Part shown: positions 37,961 to 46,569 of the stretch, piece by piece | Numbering within the stretch: the first letter of the stretch is position 1 | How the letters are laid out: every line of letters starts with the position of its first letter | Position numbers and translations under genes: made by a program | The notes under the pieces: generated by a model | Seen by the model: the letters and a program-made list of their open reading frames with translations, nothing else | Told to the model about the DNA's origin: nothing | The model's database searches: none | Origin: Bacillota bacterium | GTDB taxonomy: Bacteria; Bacillota; Clostridia; Christensenellales; Aristaeellaceae | Length of the DNA: 64,000 nucleotides | Reading direction: 5' to 3' | Assembly (NCBI GenBank): GCA_030057655.1 | Contig: JASGUQ010000040.1 | Span: forward strand, 1,820 to 65,819

Positions 37961-38892
37961 GCAAACCAATGAAATCAACAGTAGGCAAGATGAGCGCCTG
38001 GGATTTCCGCCGTCAGGAAATAATCAGAAGCAGACAGCTCTATGCCATGATTGCGCCGTATTTCCTGCTGTTTACCGCCTTCACGGTGATTCCCGTGCTG
38101 GTGTCCATCGTGTACAGCTTTACGCAATTCAATGTGCTGCAGCCTGCGAAATTCATCGGCCTTGAAAACTACACCAGGCTGTTTCTGGACGATCCTGTTT
38201 TCCTGAAAGCCATTCAAAACACCCTGATCATGGCCATCATCATCGGCCCCATCGGTTACATGATGTCCTTTATCATGGCCTGGCTGTTAAATGAATTGCC
38301 CGCCAAACTCCGCACCCTGCTGACGGTAATCTTTTACGCGCCCAGCATTTCAGGCAACGCCTATGTCGTGTTTCGCCAGCTTTTCTCGGGGGACTCCTAC
38401 GGCTTCGTCAACGCCCAGCTGCTTAAGATGGGCCTGATCTACAAGCCCATCCTCTGGCTGGCCGATGAAAAATACATGATGGCGATCGTGATCTTTGTTT
38501 CCCTCTGGATGAGCCTTGGCGTCGGCTTCCTGTCCTTCATCGCCGGCTTGCAGGGAGTGGACAAATCACAATACGAAGCCGCCGAGGTGGACGGGGTCAA
38601 AAACCGCTGGCAGGAACTGTGGTTCATCACCCTTCCCAACATGCGGCCTCAGCTGATGTTCGGCGCGGTCATGTCTGTGACCAACGCGCTGGCCGTGGCC
38701 GATGTCACCGTGGCTTTGACCGGTTTCCCCTCGCCCAATTACGCGACCCACACCATCATCAACCACTTGAACGACTACGGCATCATCCGCATGGAGATGG
38801 GCTACGCGAGCGCCATTGCGGTCTTGCTCTTCTTCTCCATGCTCTTCATCAACCGTTTTGTGCAAAAGGTGCTCAGAAAGGTAGGAACCTGA
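37957..38892 (+). CDS. ABC sugar permease (MalF/LplB-like)
   Basis: Six TM helices and the EAA loop YEAAEVDGVKNRWQELWFITLPNMRP. It overlaps the upstream stop by 4 nt. Confidence 0.9.
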   Translation: MSKPMKSTVGKMSAWDFRRQEIIRSRQLYAMIAPYFLLFTAFTVIPVLVSIVYSFTQFNVLQPAKFIGLENYTRLFLDDPVFLKAIQNTLIMAIIIGPIGYMMSFIMAWLLNELPAKLRTLLTVIFYAPSISGNAYVVFRQLFSGDSYGFVNAQLLKMGLIYKPILWLADEKYMMAIVIFVSLWMSLGVGFLSFIAGLQGVDKSQYEAAEVDGVKNRWQELWFITLPNMRPQLMFGAVMSVTNALAVADVTVALTGFPSPNYATHTIINHLNDYGIIRMEMGYASAIAVLLFFSMLFINRFVQKVLRKVGT

Positions 38893-39848
38893 TGAACAGC
38901 ACTCATTTGACAAAAAAGCAGCAAAAGCAGCTGGACAAAGCCCGGCGCAAATCCATGAAGGGCGTCAAGATCAAGCACAAATCCAAGTTCGCAAAAGCCC
39001 TCACCAAGGGCCGCAGCAACCGTAGCGTTAAAGGCAGCCTGACGCTGCTGGCCTGTCTGTTCGTGTTTTCCCTGATCATGCTCTTCCCGGTTGTTTTCCT
39101 GGTCAGCAACGCCTTTAAGCCGATCAACGAGCTGTTTATTTTCCCGCCCAAGCTCTTTGTGATCCAGCCCACGCTGGACAACTTCGCTGATCTGTTTGAC
39201 CTGTTGAGCGATTCGCTGATCCCCTTCTCCCGCTACCTGTTTAACACCCTGTTCATTGTGCTGGCAGGTTCGGTGGGGCATATCCTGATTTCCTCCATGG
39301 CAGCCTTCCCCTTGGCGAAATTCCGTTTTCCGGGGTCCAAGCTGCTGTCCAACATCGTCACCCTGTCCCTGATGTTCACCGCGGCGGTCACCGCCGTGCC
39401 CAACTACATCATCATGAGCAAGCTGGGCTTTGTGGACACCTACTGGTCCATCATCCTGCCCGCCTTTTCCATGTCCCTGGGCTTGTTCCTGATGAAAAAC
39501 TTCATGGAGCAGGTGCCGGACGCGCTGATCGACGCTGCCCAGATTGACGGGTCAACGTATTTCACCATGCTCTGGCGCATTGTGATGCCGGCGGTCAAGC
39601 CTGCCTGGATTACCTTGTTCATCGTGTCTTTCCAGACGCTTTGGGGCAACACGGCAGGCAACTTCATTTACACTGAGAACATGAAGCCGCTGCCGGCCAT
39701 GCTCACCCAGATCGCCAGTTCAGGCGTGGCCAGGGCAGGGGTGGTATCGGCCACTTCGCTGATCATGTTCATCGTACCGGTTGTTGTGTTCATCATTTCA
39801 CAATCCAACGTGCTGGAGACCATGTCCACCTCCGGCATCAAAGAGTAA
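38892..39848 (+). CDS. ABC sugar permease (MalG/LplC-like) with a basic N-terminal tail
   Basis: The ATG overlaps the upstream TGA (ATGA-type junction). EAA loop DAAQIDGSTYFTMLWRIVMPAVKP. The track ORF start at 38619 lies in another gene's frame region and encodes His/Arg-rich junk. Confidence 0.9.
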   Translation: MNSTHLTKKQQKQLDKARRKSMKGVKIKHKSKFAKALTKGRSNRSVKGSLTLLACLFVFSLIMLFPVVFLVSNAFKPINELFIFPPKLFVIQPTLDNFADLFDLLSDSLIPFSRYLFNTLFIVLAGSVGHILISSMAAFPLAKFRFPGSKLLSNIVTLSLMFTAAVTAVPNYIIMSKLGFVDTYWSIILPAFSMSLGLFLMKNFMEQVPDALIDAAQIDGSTYFTMLWRIVMPAVKPAWITLFIVSFQTLWGNTAGNFIYTENMKPLPAMLTQIASSGVARAGVVSATSLIMFIVPVVVFIISQSNVLETMSTSGIKE

Positions 39849-39862
39849 GGAGGGGTGTTGAC

Positions 39863-41311
39863 ATGAAACATTTGCGTCGCCTCCTGCCCCTTTTCCTGGT
39901 GTTCCTGCTCATCATGCCGGCCAGCGCCGATGTTGCGCTCGCCCCCGGCAGCTACCTCTATTCACCCTATCAGGATGCGGTAGCATCAGTCCCCGCGTAT
40001 GAACACCATCGTTCCATCTACTTAAAAGACCTGCGCGGGGCCGAGTCCCTGGCCAACCTGAAGGATGCCTGGGTGGCGGATGACCGGATCTTCGTCCTGC
40101 GGGACGGCGAGCTTCTGATCCTGGACTTGAATTTTAATTTGGTCCGGTCGATCAGAACATACCTGGACAAGGAAGGCAAGGAACACCGCCTGAGCGGCGG
40201 CAACGGCATCGCCGTGTGCAAGGACGGGGATTATTACATCGCCCGCAGCATACAGGGCGACATCCTGCATTTCTCATCAGACCACAAACTGGTCCGGGTA
40301 ATCGGGCGTCCCCGCATCCCCGGCTTTGAAAATGTGGCCTACAAGCCCATTAAGCTGGCCGTAGACGAGGCAAAGCGCATCTACGTGGTGGCTCAGGGCA
40401 TGTATGAAGGCATTGTCGAACTGAGCCCGGACGGGGAATTCTCCAGGTTTTACGGCGTCAACCGCGTCAAGTTCTCCTTTGCGCAGTTCTTCTGGCGCAT
40501 TTTCGCAACCAGAGAACAGCTGCAGCGGCAGCAGCTTTGGCTGCCCACCGACTTTACGAACCTGTGCATCGACAGCAGGGGGTTCATCTTCGCCACCATC
40601 CAGGACAGCCAGGGTGAGATCATCAAGCGCCTGAACGCCAAGGGTGAAAACATCCTGCGCCCGATTGAAGGCAACTACCCTGAAGGAGACGTGCTGTTTA
40701 ACCCGTCCGGCGTCGGAATCCCAACCGGCCCATCCGCGTTCATCGCGGTGGACAGCAACCCATACGGCGTGTTCATCGCGCTGGATCAAAAACGAAACCG
40801 CATTTTCGCCTACAACGAGGATGGCAGGCCGCTGTACATCATCGGCGGTCCGGGACAGCATGAAGGCCTGTTCCGAAACCCTGTGGACCTGGACTTTGTG
40901 GGCGAATACATCATGGTGCTGGATGCCCTTTCCCAATCCATCGACATCTACGCGCCAACGGCCTACGGCCAAGCCATTCATAACGCGGTGCGTCAGCAAT
41001 ATGTCTTTAATTATGAGGAAGCTGCCAAGCATTGGCGGCGTACCCTGGACTTTAACCACAACTTTACCCTGGCCTATTCCGGAATTGGCAGGAGCCTGCT
41101 TCGTGCCGGCCAGTATGATCAGGCCATGGAGTATTTGCGCATGGGTTCCGACCGCGAATACTACTCAAAGGCATTTGAGAAAGTACGGGACCGGGAATTG
41201 AAAATCTGGCTGATGCCGGTGCTGCTGGGCTTGATCGTCCTCTCGGCCTTGGTAAAGATCTTCAAGTGGCAACGTAAAAAGAGAAGTGGAAAGGGGGAAG
41301 CGCACACATGA
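39863..41311 (+). CDS. signal-peptide protein with NHL-like beta-propeller repeats, a TPR-like helical region and a C-terminal TM anchor
   Basis: MKHLRRLLPLFLVFLLIMPASA. Repeats such as …RIYVVAQGMYEGIVELSPDG… and …RIFAYNEDGRPLYIIGGPGQHEGLFRNPVDLDFVGEYIMVLDALSQSIDIY. Then …AYSGIGRSLLRAGQYDQAMEYL…, and finally IWLMPVLLGLIVLSALVKIF followed by a KKRSGK tail. Confidence 0.7.
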   Translation: MKHLRRLLPLFLVFLLIMPASADVALAPGSYLYSPYQDAVASVPAYEHHRSIYLKDLRGAESLANLKDAWVADDRIFVLRDGELLILDLNFNLVRSIRTYLDKEGKEHRLSGGNGIAVCKDGDYYIARSIQGDILHFSSDHKLVRVIGRPRIPGFENVAYKPIKLAVDEAKRIYVVAQGMYEGIVELSPDGEFSRFYGVNRVKFSFAQFFWRIFATREQLQRQQLWLPTDFTNLCIDSRGFIFATIQDSQGEIIKRLNAKGENILRPIEGNYPEGDVLFNPSGVGIPTGPSAFIAVDSNPYGVFIALDQKRNRIFAYNEDGRPLYIIGGPGQHEGLFRNPVDLDFVGEYIMVLDALSQSIDIYAPTAYGQAIHNAVRQQYVFNYEEAAKHWRRTLDFNHNFTLAYSGIGRSLLRAGQYDQAMEYLRMGSDREYYSKAFEKVRDRELKIWLMPVLLGLIVLSALVKIFKWQRKKRSGKGEAHT

Positions 41312-41997
41312 GTGAGGTGCATACCAACAATAAAACCCGGGCAGATTCAGCCTTAATGAATTTGCTTGGACGCTTCAAAAACGATTTTTGGTCCTTCCCG
41401 CTTTATATCCTGGGCCGGCCTTTTAAGGGCTTTGACGAAATGAAGTACGAAGGACGGGGCAGCCTGGGGTTTGCCATTGTCATCTTTTTCCTCAGCGCCC
41501 TGATGAACATCGTGGAGTTCGTCTACTGCGGTTTCCTGGTCAACTACAACAATCCTTACCAGATCAACAGCTTGTTTTTGGCCCTGGTCACCATCTTCCC
41601 CGTGCTCCTTTTCATGGTAGCCAACTGGTCTGTCACCACCCTGCTGGAAGGCAAGGGACGAATGAAGGATATTTTCATGGTGATGATGTACGCCATGTTC
41701 CCCTTCCTGCTGCTGCGCCTGATCAGCCTGGTGCTCACCAATGTGCTCACCCTGGATGAAATGATGATTTCCAGCACGCTGACGGGGATTGGCTCTGTGC
41801 TTTTCTTCGTCTACACCTTCATCGGGCTGGTGGTGGTGCACGAGTACGGGCTTGGCGCCGGCGTTGGTTCCATCCTGCTGACCCTAATAGCGATGATGAT
41901 CATTGTGTTCATCCTGATGCTCTTCTTTACCCTGGTGGCTGACCTGGTTGATTTTGTCACCGTGTTCGGCCGCGAACTGATGCTGAAATACTTTTAG
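41308..41997 (+). CDS. Yip1-domain polytopic membrane protein
   Basis: 229 aa with five predicted TM helices after a short cytosolic N-terminus. Architecture and size match bacterial YIP1-family annotations. It has an ATGA overlap with the upstream gene. Confidence 0.65.
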   Translation: MSEVHTNNKTRADSALMNLLGRFKNDFWSFPLYILGRPFKGFDEMKYEGRGSLGFAIVIFFLSALMNIVEFVYCGFLVNYNNPYQINSLFLALVTIFPVLLFMVANWSVTTLLEGKGRMKDIFMVMMYAMFPFLLLRLISLVLTNVLTLDEMMISSTLTGIGSVLFFVYTFIGLVVVHEYGLGAGVGSILLTLIAMMIIVFILMLFFTLVADLVDFVTVFGRELMLKYF

Positions 41998-42015
41998 AAA
42001 GGAGAGGAGAAACAG

Positions 42016-44475
42016 ATGAAACGAAGCTTATTCGCCCTCTCCTGTCTCATGATACTGCTCATGCTGGTAAGCCCGGCGCTGGCCAGCGATGCAGTGCTTC
42101 AGATAGAGAAAGACGGCGCAAAACTGCAGCTGGATCCCAGCAACATGCTGATCAGCTTCACGCCCCCGGGCAGCGACACAGCGTATGAAGCCTGGGTCAA
42201 GCAATCTGATTCCGGCAGCCGCGCCATGCAAAACCTTCAAAAATCCCTCCTGTCCGTGCAATACATTACAAACGCCCGCACAGGCACCAGCTTGTCCATG
42301 GACAGCTATTCCATGTGCGTGGACCTGGGAGAGGCCAAGTACGAAGAGCTGGAAAACGGTTTCCGCATCCGCCTGTCCATTGGCCCAAACGAGCTGGTCA
42401 TTGACGACCTGCCCAAAGCCATCCCGGTCAGCACCTATAACGAACGCCTGCGGCCTCACTGGAGCGAGCGCAACGACAAGCTGTTTAAAAGCAACTACCG
42501 CGTTGTGCCGCGCGAGGAAGGCGAGAGCATGTTTGTCCGGGTCAAGGACGACCTGGGCCGCTTGGCCATCTCTCAACTGTACAAATTGTTCTTTGAAACG
42601 GGCGAATACACCCTGGAAGACCGGGACAAGGACAACGAGGCCTATGGCTATGTGGTGGAATACGTCAACCCCAAGATCATCCTTGCGATGGACTTCCAAA
42701 TCGACCAGGGGGATCTGCTGGTTTCAGTGCCCCTGTCTGAATTGTCCAACACAAAAGACAATGACGTCGTATCTTTGGACCTGCTGCCCTATTTCCTGAG
42801 TGAAACTCAAGGGAAAAAAGGCTATCTCTTTGTGCCCGACGGCTCCGGCGCGCTGATCAATTTTGACAACCAGCGTTTGGGCATCGCGGCTTATTCTGCC
42901 CCGGTCTATGGTGAAGACCTCCTGATTCGGGCAGATGAGTACCGCCCATCCTCCTCATCATCGATTTCTTTGCCTGTCTACGGGATCAAAACCGAAGAGG
43001 GGGCTGCGATGTGCATCATCGAAGAGGGGGCGGAGCTTGCCAACATCACAGCGGCTGTTTCCGGCCACAGCGACGAGTTTAACCGGATCTACTCCACCTT
43101 TACTTTGCGCGACATCGAGCGGGTGGCCATGGGCGGCAACAAAACAGTCACCACCCCCCGGTACGCGGAGGATGTCTACCAAGGCACGCTGAAGCTTCGC
43201 TATAAGTTTATGCCGGGCGCAGACAAGGGCTATGCCGACATGGCCTTTGCTTACAAGAACTACCTGAAAGATCAGGGCGTTTTGAAAGCGCAGGAGAACT
43301 GGGCCGAACACGCGCCCCTTCAAATTGAGCTGATCGGCGCTGTCCAAAAGCAGAAGTTCTTCCTGGGCATCCCCTATCAATCCACTGTGACAGCCACAAG
43401 CATTGAACAGGCAAACAGCATCTACGACAAGATCAAGCAATCTGGCGCCCAAAACGTCCAGCTGCTGTACTCCGGTTTGTTCCGCCAGGGCGTCAAGCAC
43501 GCGAACCTGAACCCGGCCAGGCTGGAAAATGGCATCGGCAGCGCTACGCAGCTTAAGGAGCTGTCCCAGAAAATGAAAGCGGCGGGAGACAGCCTGTACC
43601 CTGTTGCGTATCTGGGACGGGTCTACAGCGTCCGTGGTTTTTCCACATTCAGCAATGCGGCCAGGCTGCACGACGGCAGCGTTGCCAGGGTGTTTGAGCC
43701 ATTTGAACCCCAGCTTCGGGGAGTCAGCGTAAAGAACAGCGCTTACATCTCGCCGGCCTACCTGCCTGAATACGCGCAGGGCGTACAAAACAGCCTGTCT
43801 GAATACGGCGCATCCGGGCTTGCGGTTCATGACCTGGGGAACACCCTGGTGGGCACTTACAAGCGGCGGGGCCACATCTCCCCCATCCATTCCGTCCCTT
43901 ATTATCAACAAAGCCTGGATACCCTGGCGAAAAACCCGCTGATGCTGGACACCCCAAACGCCTACGCATTGCCCTACGCGAGCAGCGTCAGCAACCTGCC
44001 CACACAATCCAGCGACTACAAACTGTTTAATTTCTCGGTGCCCTTCCTGCAGTTGGTGTATGACGGCATGTTACCCTATGCGGGCACATCCTGGAACCTG
44101 AGGCCGCAGCAGCTCCCCCAGCTGCTTCTGCTGGAAGCCATTGAAAGCAGAACGGCGCCAAGGTTTACCCTGACCTATGAGGAACCCACCATCTTCCATG
44201 ATACCGGGGACCTGGACTTTACAGGCTATTTTGCCACCTGGTATCAGGACAGCCTGCCCCATGTCCTTGAAGCCTGGAAGGCCTATGATGATTTCTATCA
44301 GCAAGTCAAGGGCGCCAGGATCACGGGGCATGAGATCCTGGGGGATACGGTTCGCGCGACCCATTATGACAATGGCAAGACCGTGCTGGTGAACTATGGC
44401 GAAAGAAGGAAAAGCGCCCTGGGCGCTTCGATACCCGGCTTCAGCTATGTCATCCAAGGAGGTGAAAACCCATGA
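42016..44475 (+). CDS. secreted DUF5696-like protein (819 aa, function unknown)
   Basis: Signal peptide MKRSLFALSCLMILLMLVSPALA. I assign it to DUF5696 from memory of this gene context and from segments such as KGYLFVPDGSGALINFD. I recognised no catalytic motif. Confidence 0.6.
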   Translation: MKRSLFALSCLMILLMLVSPALASDAVLQIEKDGAKLQLDPSNMLISFTPPGSDTAYEAWVKQSDSGSRAMQNLQKSLLSVQYITNARTGTSLSMDSYSMCVDLGEAKYEELENGFRIRLSIGPNELVIDDLPKAIPVSTYNERLRPHWSERNDKLFKSNYRVVPREEGESMFVRVKDDLGRLAISQLYKLFFETGEYTLEDRDKDNEAYGYVVEYVNPKIILAMDFQIDQGDLLVSVPLSELSNTKDNDVVSLDLLPYFLSETQGKKGYLFVPDGSGALINFDNQRLGIAAYSAPVYGEDLLIRADEYRPSSSSSISLPVYGIKTEEGAAMCIIEEGAELANITAAVSGHSDEFNRIYSTFTLRDIERVAMGGNKTVTTPRYAEDVYQGTLKLRYKFMPGADKGYADMAFAYKNYLKDQGVLKAQENWAEHAPLQIELIGAVQKQKFFLGIPYQSTVTATSIEQANSIYDKIKQSGAQNVQLLYSGLFRQGVKHANLNPARLENGIGSATQLKELSQKMKAAGDSLYPVAYLGRVYSVRGFSTFSNAARLHDGSVARVFEPFEPQLRGVSVKNSAYISPAYLPEYAQGVQNSLSEYGASGLAVHDLGNTLVGTYKRRGHISPIHSVPYYQQSLDTLAKNPLMLDTPNAYALPYASSVSNLPTQSSDYKLFNFSVPFLQLVYDGMLPYAGTSWNLRPQQLPQLLLLEAIESRTAPRFTLTYEEPTIFHDTGDLDFTGYFATWYQDSLPHVLEAWKAYDDFYQQVKGARITGHEILGDTVRATHYDNGKTVLVNYGERRKSALGASIPGFSYVIQGGENP

Positions 44476-45374
44476 AAACCGCCAGAAGAGGCTGGTATTA
44501 CCGGCTAAGTTTTCCTAAAAAAACTGCGCTGTGGGGCTTCATTTTCCTGTTGCCCTGGCTGCTGGGGTTTCTGCTGCTCTTTTTGGTGCCCATGGTACAG
44601 ACTTTTCAGTTCAGCTTTAACAACCTGGAGATCATCCCCACCGGCGGCATCAAATTGACGCCAGTCGGGCTTGAGAATTACCGCCACGCCCTGCTGGTGG
44701 ACCCCAACTTTAACCCCGCCCTGGTCAATACCCTGATTGAGGTTTTCCTCTATACCCCGCTGATCATCATTTTCTCCTTGCTGTGCGCTATTTTGCTCAA
44801 CGGCAAGTTCCGGGGCCGGGCAGTGGCGCGCGCCATCTTCTTCATTCCCATCATCATGGCCACAGGCCTGATGATGCAGCGGGTCACCAACCTGTCCGGT
44901 CAAATGCAGGGCGCGGCCGAAAGCAGCAATGTGTACGGCGCCGGTTTCATTGCCGAATTGCTGTTCAACCTCGGCATCGGCAAACAGCTGGTGCAGTACC
45001 TGCTGGATATGGTCAACCGCATCTTTGAGATCGTCTCCCTTTCCGGTATACAAATTCTTATCTTCCTGTCCGCCTTGCAGGCCATTTCCCCTTCCCTGTA
45101 CGAGGTGGCAAAGATTGAAGGCGCCACTGCTTATGAAACCTTCTGGAAGGTTACGGTGGTCATGGTGTCACCCATGATCCTCACCTGTACCATCTACACC
45201 ATGAGCGATCTCTTTGCCCGAAGCGACATCATGACCCTGGTCTACAACCTGGCCTTCCGTCAGTCACGCTTTGGCCTGAGCACCGCCATGAGCAGCATTT
45301 ACCTGCTGCTGTCCGTCCTCAGCATTGGCTTGATGGCCCTGCTGATTAGAAAGGTGGTGTTCTATTATGACTAA
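44472..45374 (+). CDS. ABC sugar permease (second pair, MalF-like)
   Basis: Six TM helices and the EAA loop YEVAKIEGATAYETFWKVTVVMVSP. It has an ATGA overlap with the DUF5696 gene. Confidence 0.9.
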   Translation: MKTARRGWYYRLSFPKKTALWGFIFLLPWLLGFLLLFLVPMVQTFQFSFNNLEIIPTGGIKLTPVGLENYRHALLVDPNFNPALVNTLIEVFLYTPLIIIFSLLCAILLNGKFRGRAVARAIFFIPIIMATGLMMQRVTNLSGQMQGAAESSNVYGAGFIAELLFNLGIGKQLVQYLLDMVNRIFEIVSLSGIQILIFLSALQAISPSLYEVAKIEGATAYETFWKVTVVMVSPMILTCTIYTMSDLFARSDIMTLVYNLAFRQSRFGLSTAMSSIYLLLSVLSIGLMALLIRKVVFYYD

Positions 45375-46395
45375 TCGGGCTTTGACGCAAAAAACTCCTC
45401 TGGACAAGATACGCCTCAGAGAAAGGCGCAAGATCAAAGCGAAAAACAAAGCACGTTCTTTTGTGGTGAACCTTTTTCGCTACGCCCTCATTGTCTGCCT
45501 GAGCTACCTGATCCTGGCCCCCATCCTGATCAACATTTCCACAGCCTTTACCTATCCCCAGGACCTGGGATTGTCCTCCTCCGTTTGGATTCCCAACCGC
45601 TTTTCTCTGGAGAATTGGCATGTGGCGATGCTGACCATTAACTACAAGGAAGCGCTGCCCTATACCATTGTGCAAACAGCGATCATCACCCTGCTGCAGA
45701 CCCTTTGCGCGATGCTGGCAGCCTATTCCTTCGCACGGCTCAAATTCCCCGGCCGCGGCCTGCTCTTTGCCCTGGTGGTCTTTACCATCATCGTGCCGCC
45801 CCAAACATTTATGCTTCCCCAGTATGTCTATTTCCGGAACTTTGATTTTCTGGGCATTTTTACAGCCCTGACCGGAAAACCGCTCAACCTTCTGGGCAAT
45901 CCCGCTTCCCTGGTGCTGATCAATGTGCTGGGGCAGGGTTTAAAAGGCGGTTTGTTCGTCTACATCTTCAGGCAGACTTACAGAGGCCTGCCCAAGGCGC
46001 TTGAAGAAGCGGCCTATGTGGATGGCGCCGGTTTCATGCGCACCTTCTGGGGCATTGTGGTGCCCTCCTCCTCCTCCGGTCTGCTGACCGTGCTGGTTCT
46101 GTCCTTTGTGTGGAACTGGAACGACGCCTATTACATCCGCCTCTTTGACGCCAACAACACCCGGAACCTGATGCTCGCCTATACAAGGGCCGTCGGCTCG
46201 GTGGACGAAGCCATCTCAAGAATCAGCACACAGGTGCCCGCCCACTACGCTTTCCTGCAAAAGAACCCCATTTATGAAGCTGCCATCGGTAAAACCGCGG
46301 CCTTGCTGGTCTTCCTGCCCCTGGTCATCATGTACTTGTTTGTCCAGCGCCGGTTTGTGCAGGGCGTGGAGCGCAGCGGTATCGCAGGAGACTGA
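45367..46395 (+). CDS. ABC sugar permease (second pair, MalG-like)
   Basis: EAA loop EEAAYVDGAGFMRTFWGIVVPSS. It overlaps the upstream gene by 8 nt. Confidence 0.9.
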   Translation: MTNRALTQKTPLDKIRLRERRKIKAKNKARSFVVNLFRYALIVCLSYLILAPILINISTAFTYPQDLGLSSSVWIPNRFSLENWHVAMLTINYKEALPYTIVQTAIITLLQTLCAMLAAYSFARLKFPGRGLLFALVVFTIIVPPQTFMLPQYVYFRNFDFLGIFTALTGKPLNLLGNPASLVLINVLGQGLKGGLFVYIFRQTYRGLPKALEEAAYVDGAGFMRTFWGIVVPSSSSGLLTVLVLSFVWNWNDAYYIRLFDANNTRNLMLAYTRAVGSVDEAISRISTQVPAHYAFLQKNPIYEAAIGKTAALLVFLPLVIMYLFVQRRFVQGVERSGIAGD

Positions 46396-46519
46396 TTTTT
46401 GCCAAGCCCGCATGATTGCCGGCAGTGCAATCATGAACAAAACAACCTATGAATACCAGAAAATTGCCTTCGACAACGGAGGCAATTTTCTTATGGGCTG
46501 GGTATTAACTAAAAGTTAA

Positions 46520-46546
46520 AAGTCCCGGCTGGTTAGCCAGGACTTA
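46520..46546. terminator. imperfect hairpin between the convergent ABC locus and dnaJ
   Basis: AAGTCC..TGG-TTAG-CCA-GGACTT. No clean U-tract on either strand. Confidence 0.35.
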
Positions 46547-46569
46547 AACGGTTATTATACTGTAGTTTC

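Noticed and set aside
38619-38891. 91-codon N-terminal extension of the second permease ORF
   Set aside because: The extension is His/Arg/Gly-rich and overlaps the C-terminal third of the preceding permease in another frame. The ATG at 38892 forms a stop/start overlap, which is the usual coupling signal.
42958-44007. 349-aa minus-strand ORF inside the DUF5696 gene. Similar ORFs lie at 40277..41059 and 42028..42699.
   Set aside because: These are shadow ORFs with Arg/Gly/Val/Asp/Gln-rich low-information sequence. The plus-strand frames have signal peptides, RBSs and tight operon spacing.
33526-46395. Absence of an ABC ATPase gene as evidence that the locus is not a transporter
   Set aside because: CUT1 sugar importers in Firmicutes commonly share an unlinked multitask ATPase (MsmK/MsmX type). 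A missing ATPase is therefore normal and not in itself an anomaly.
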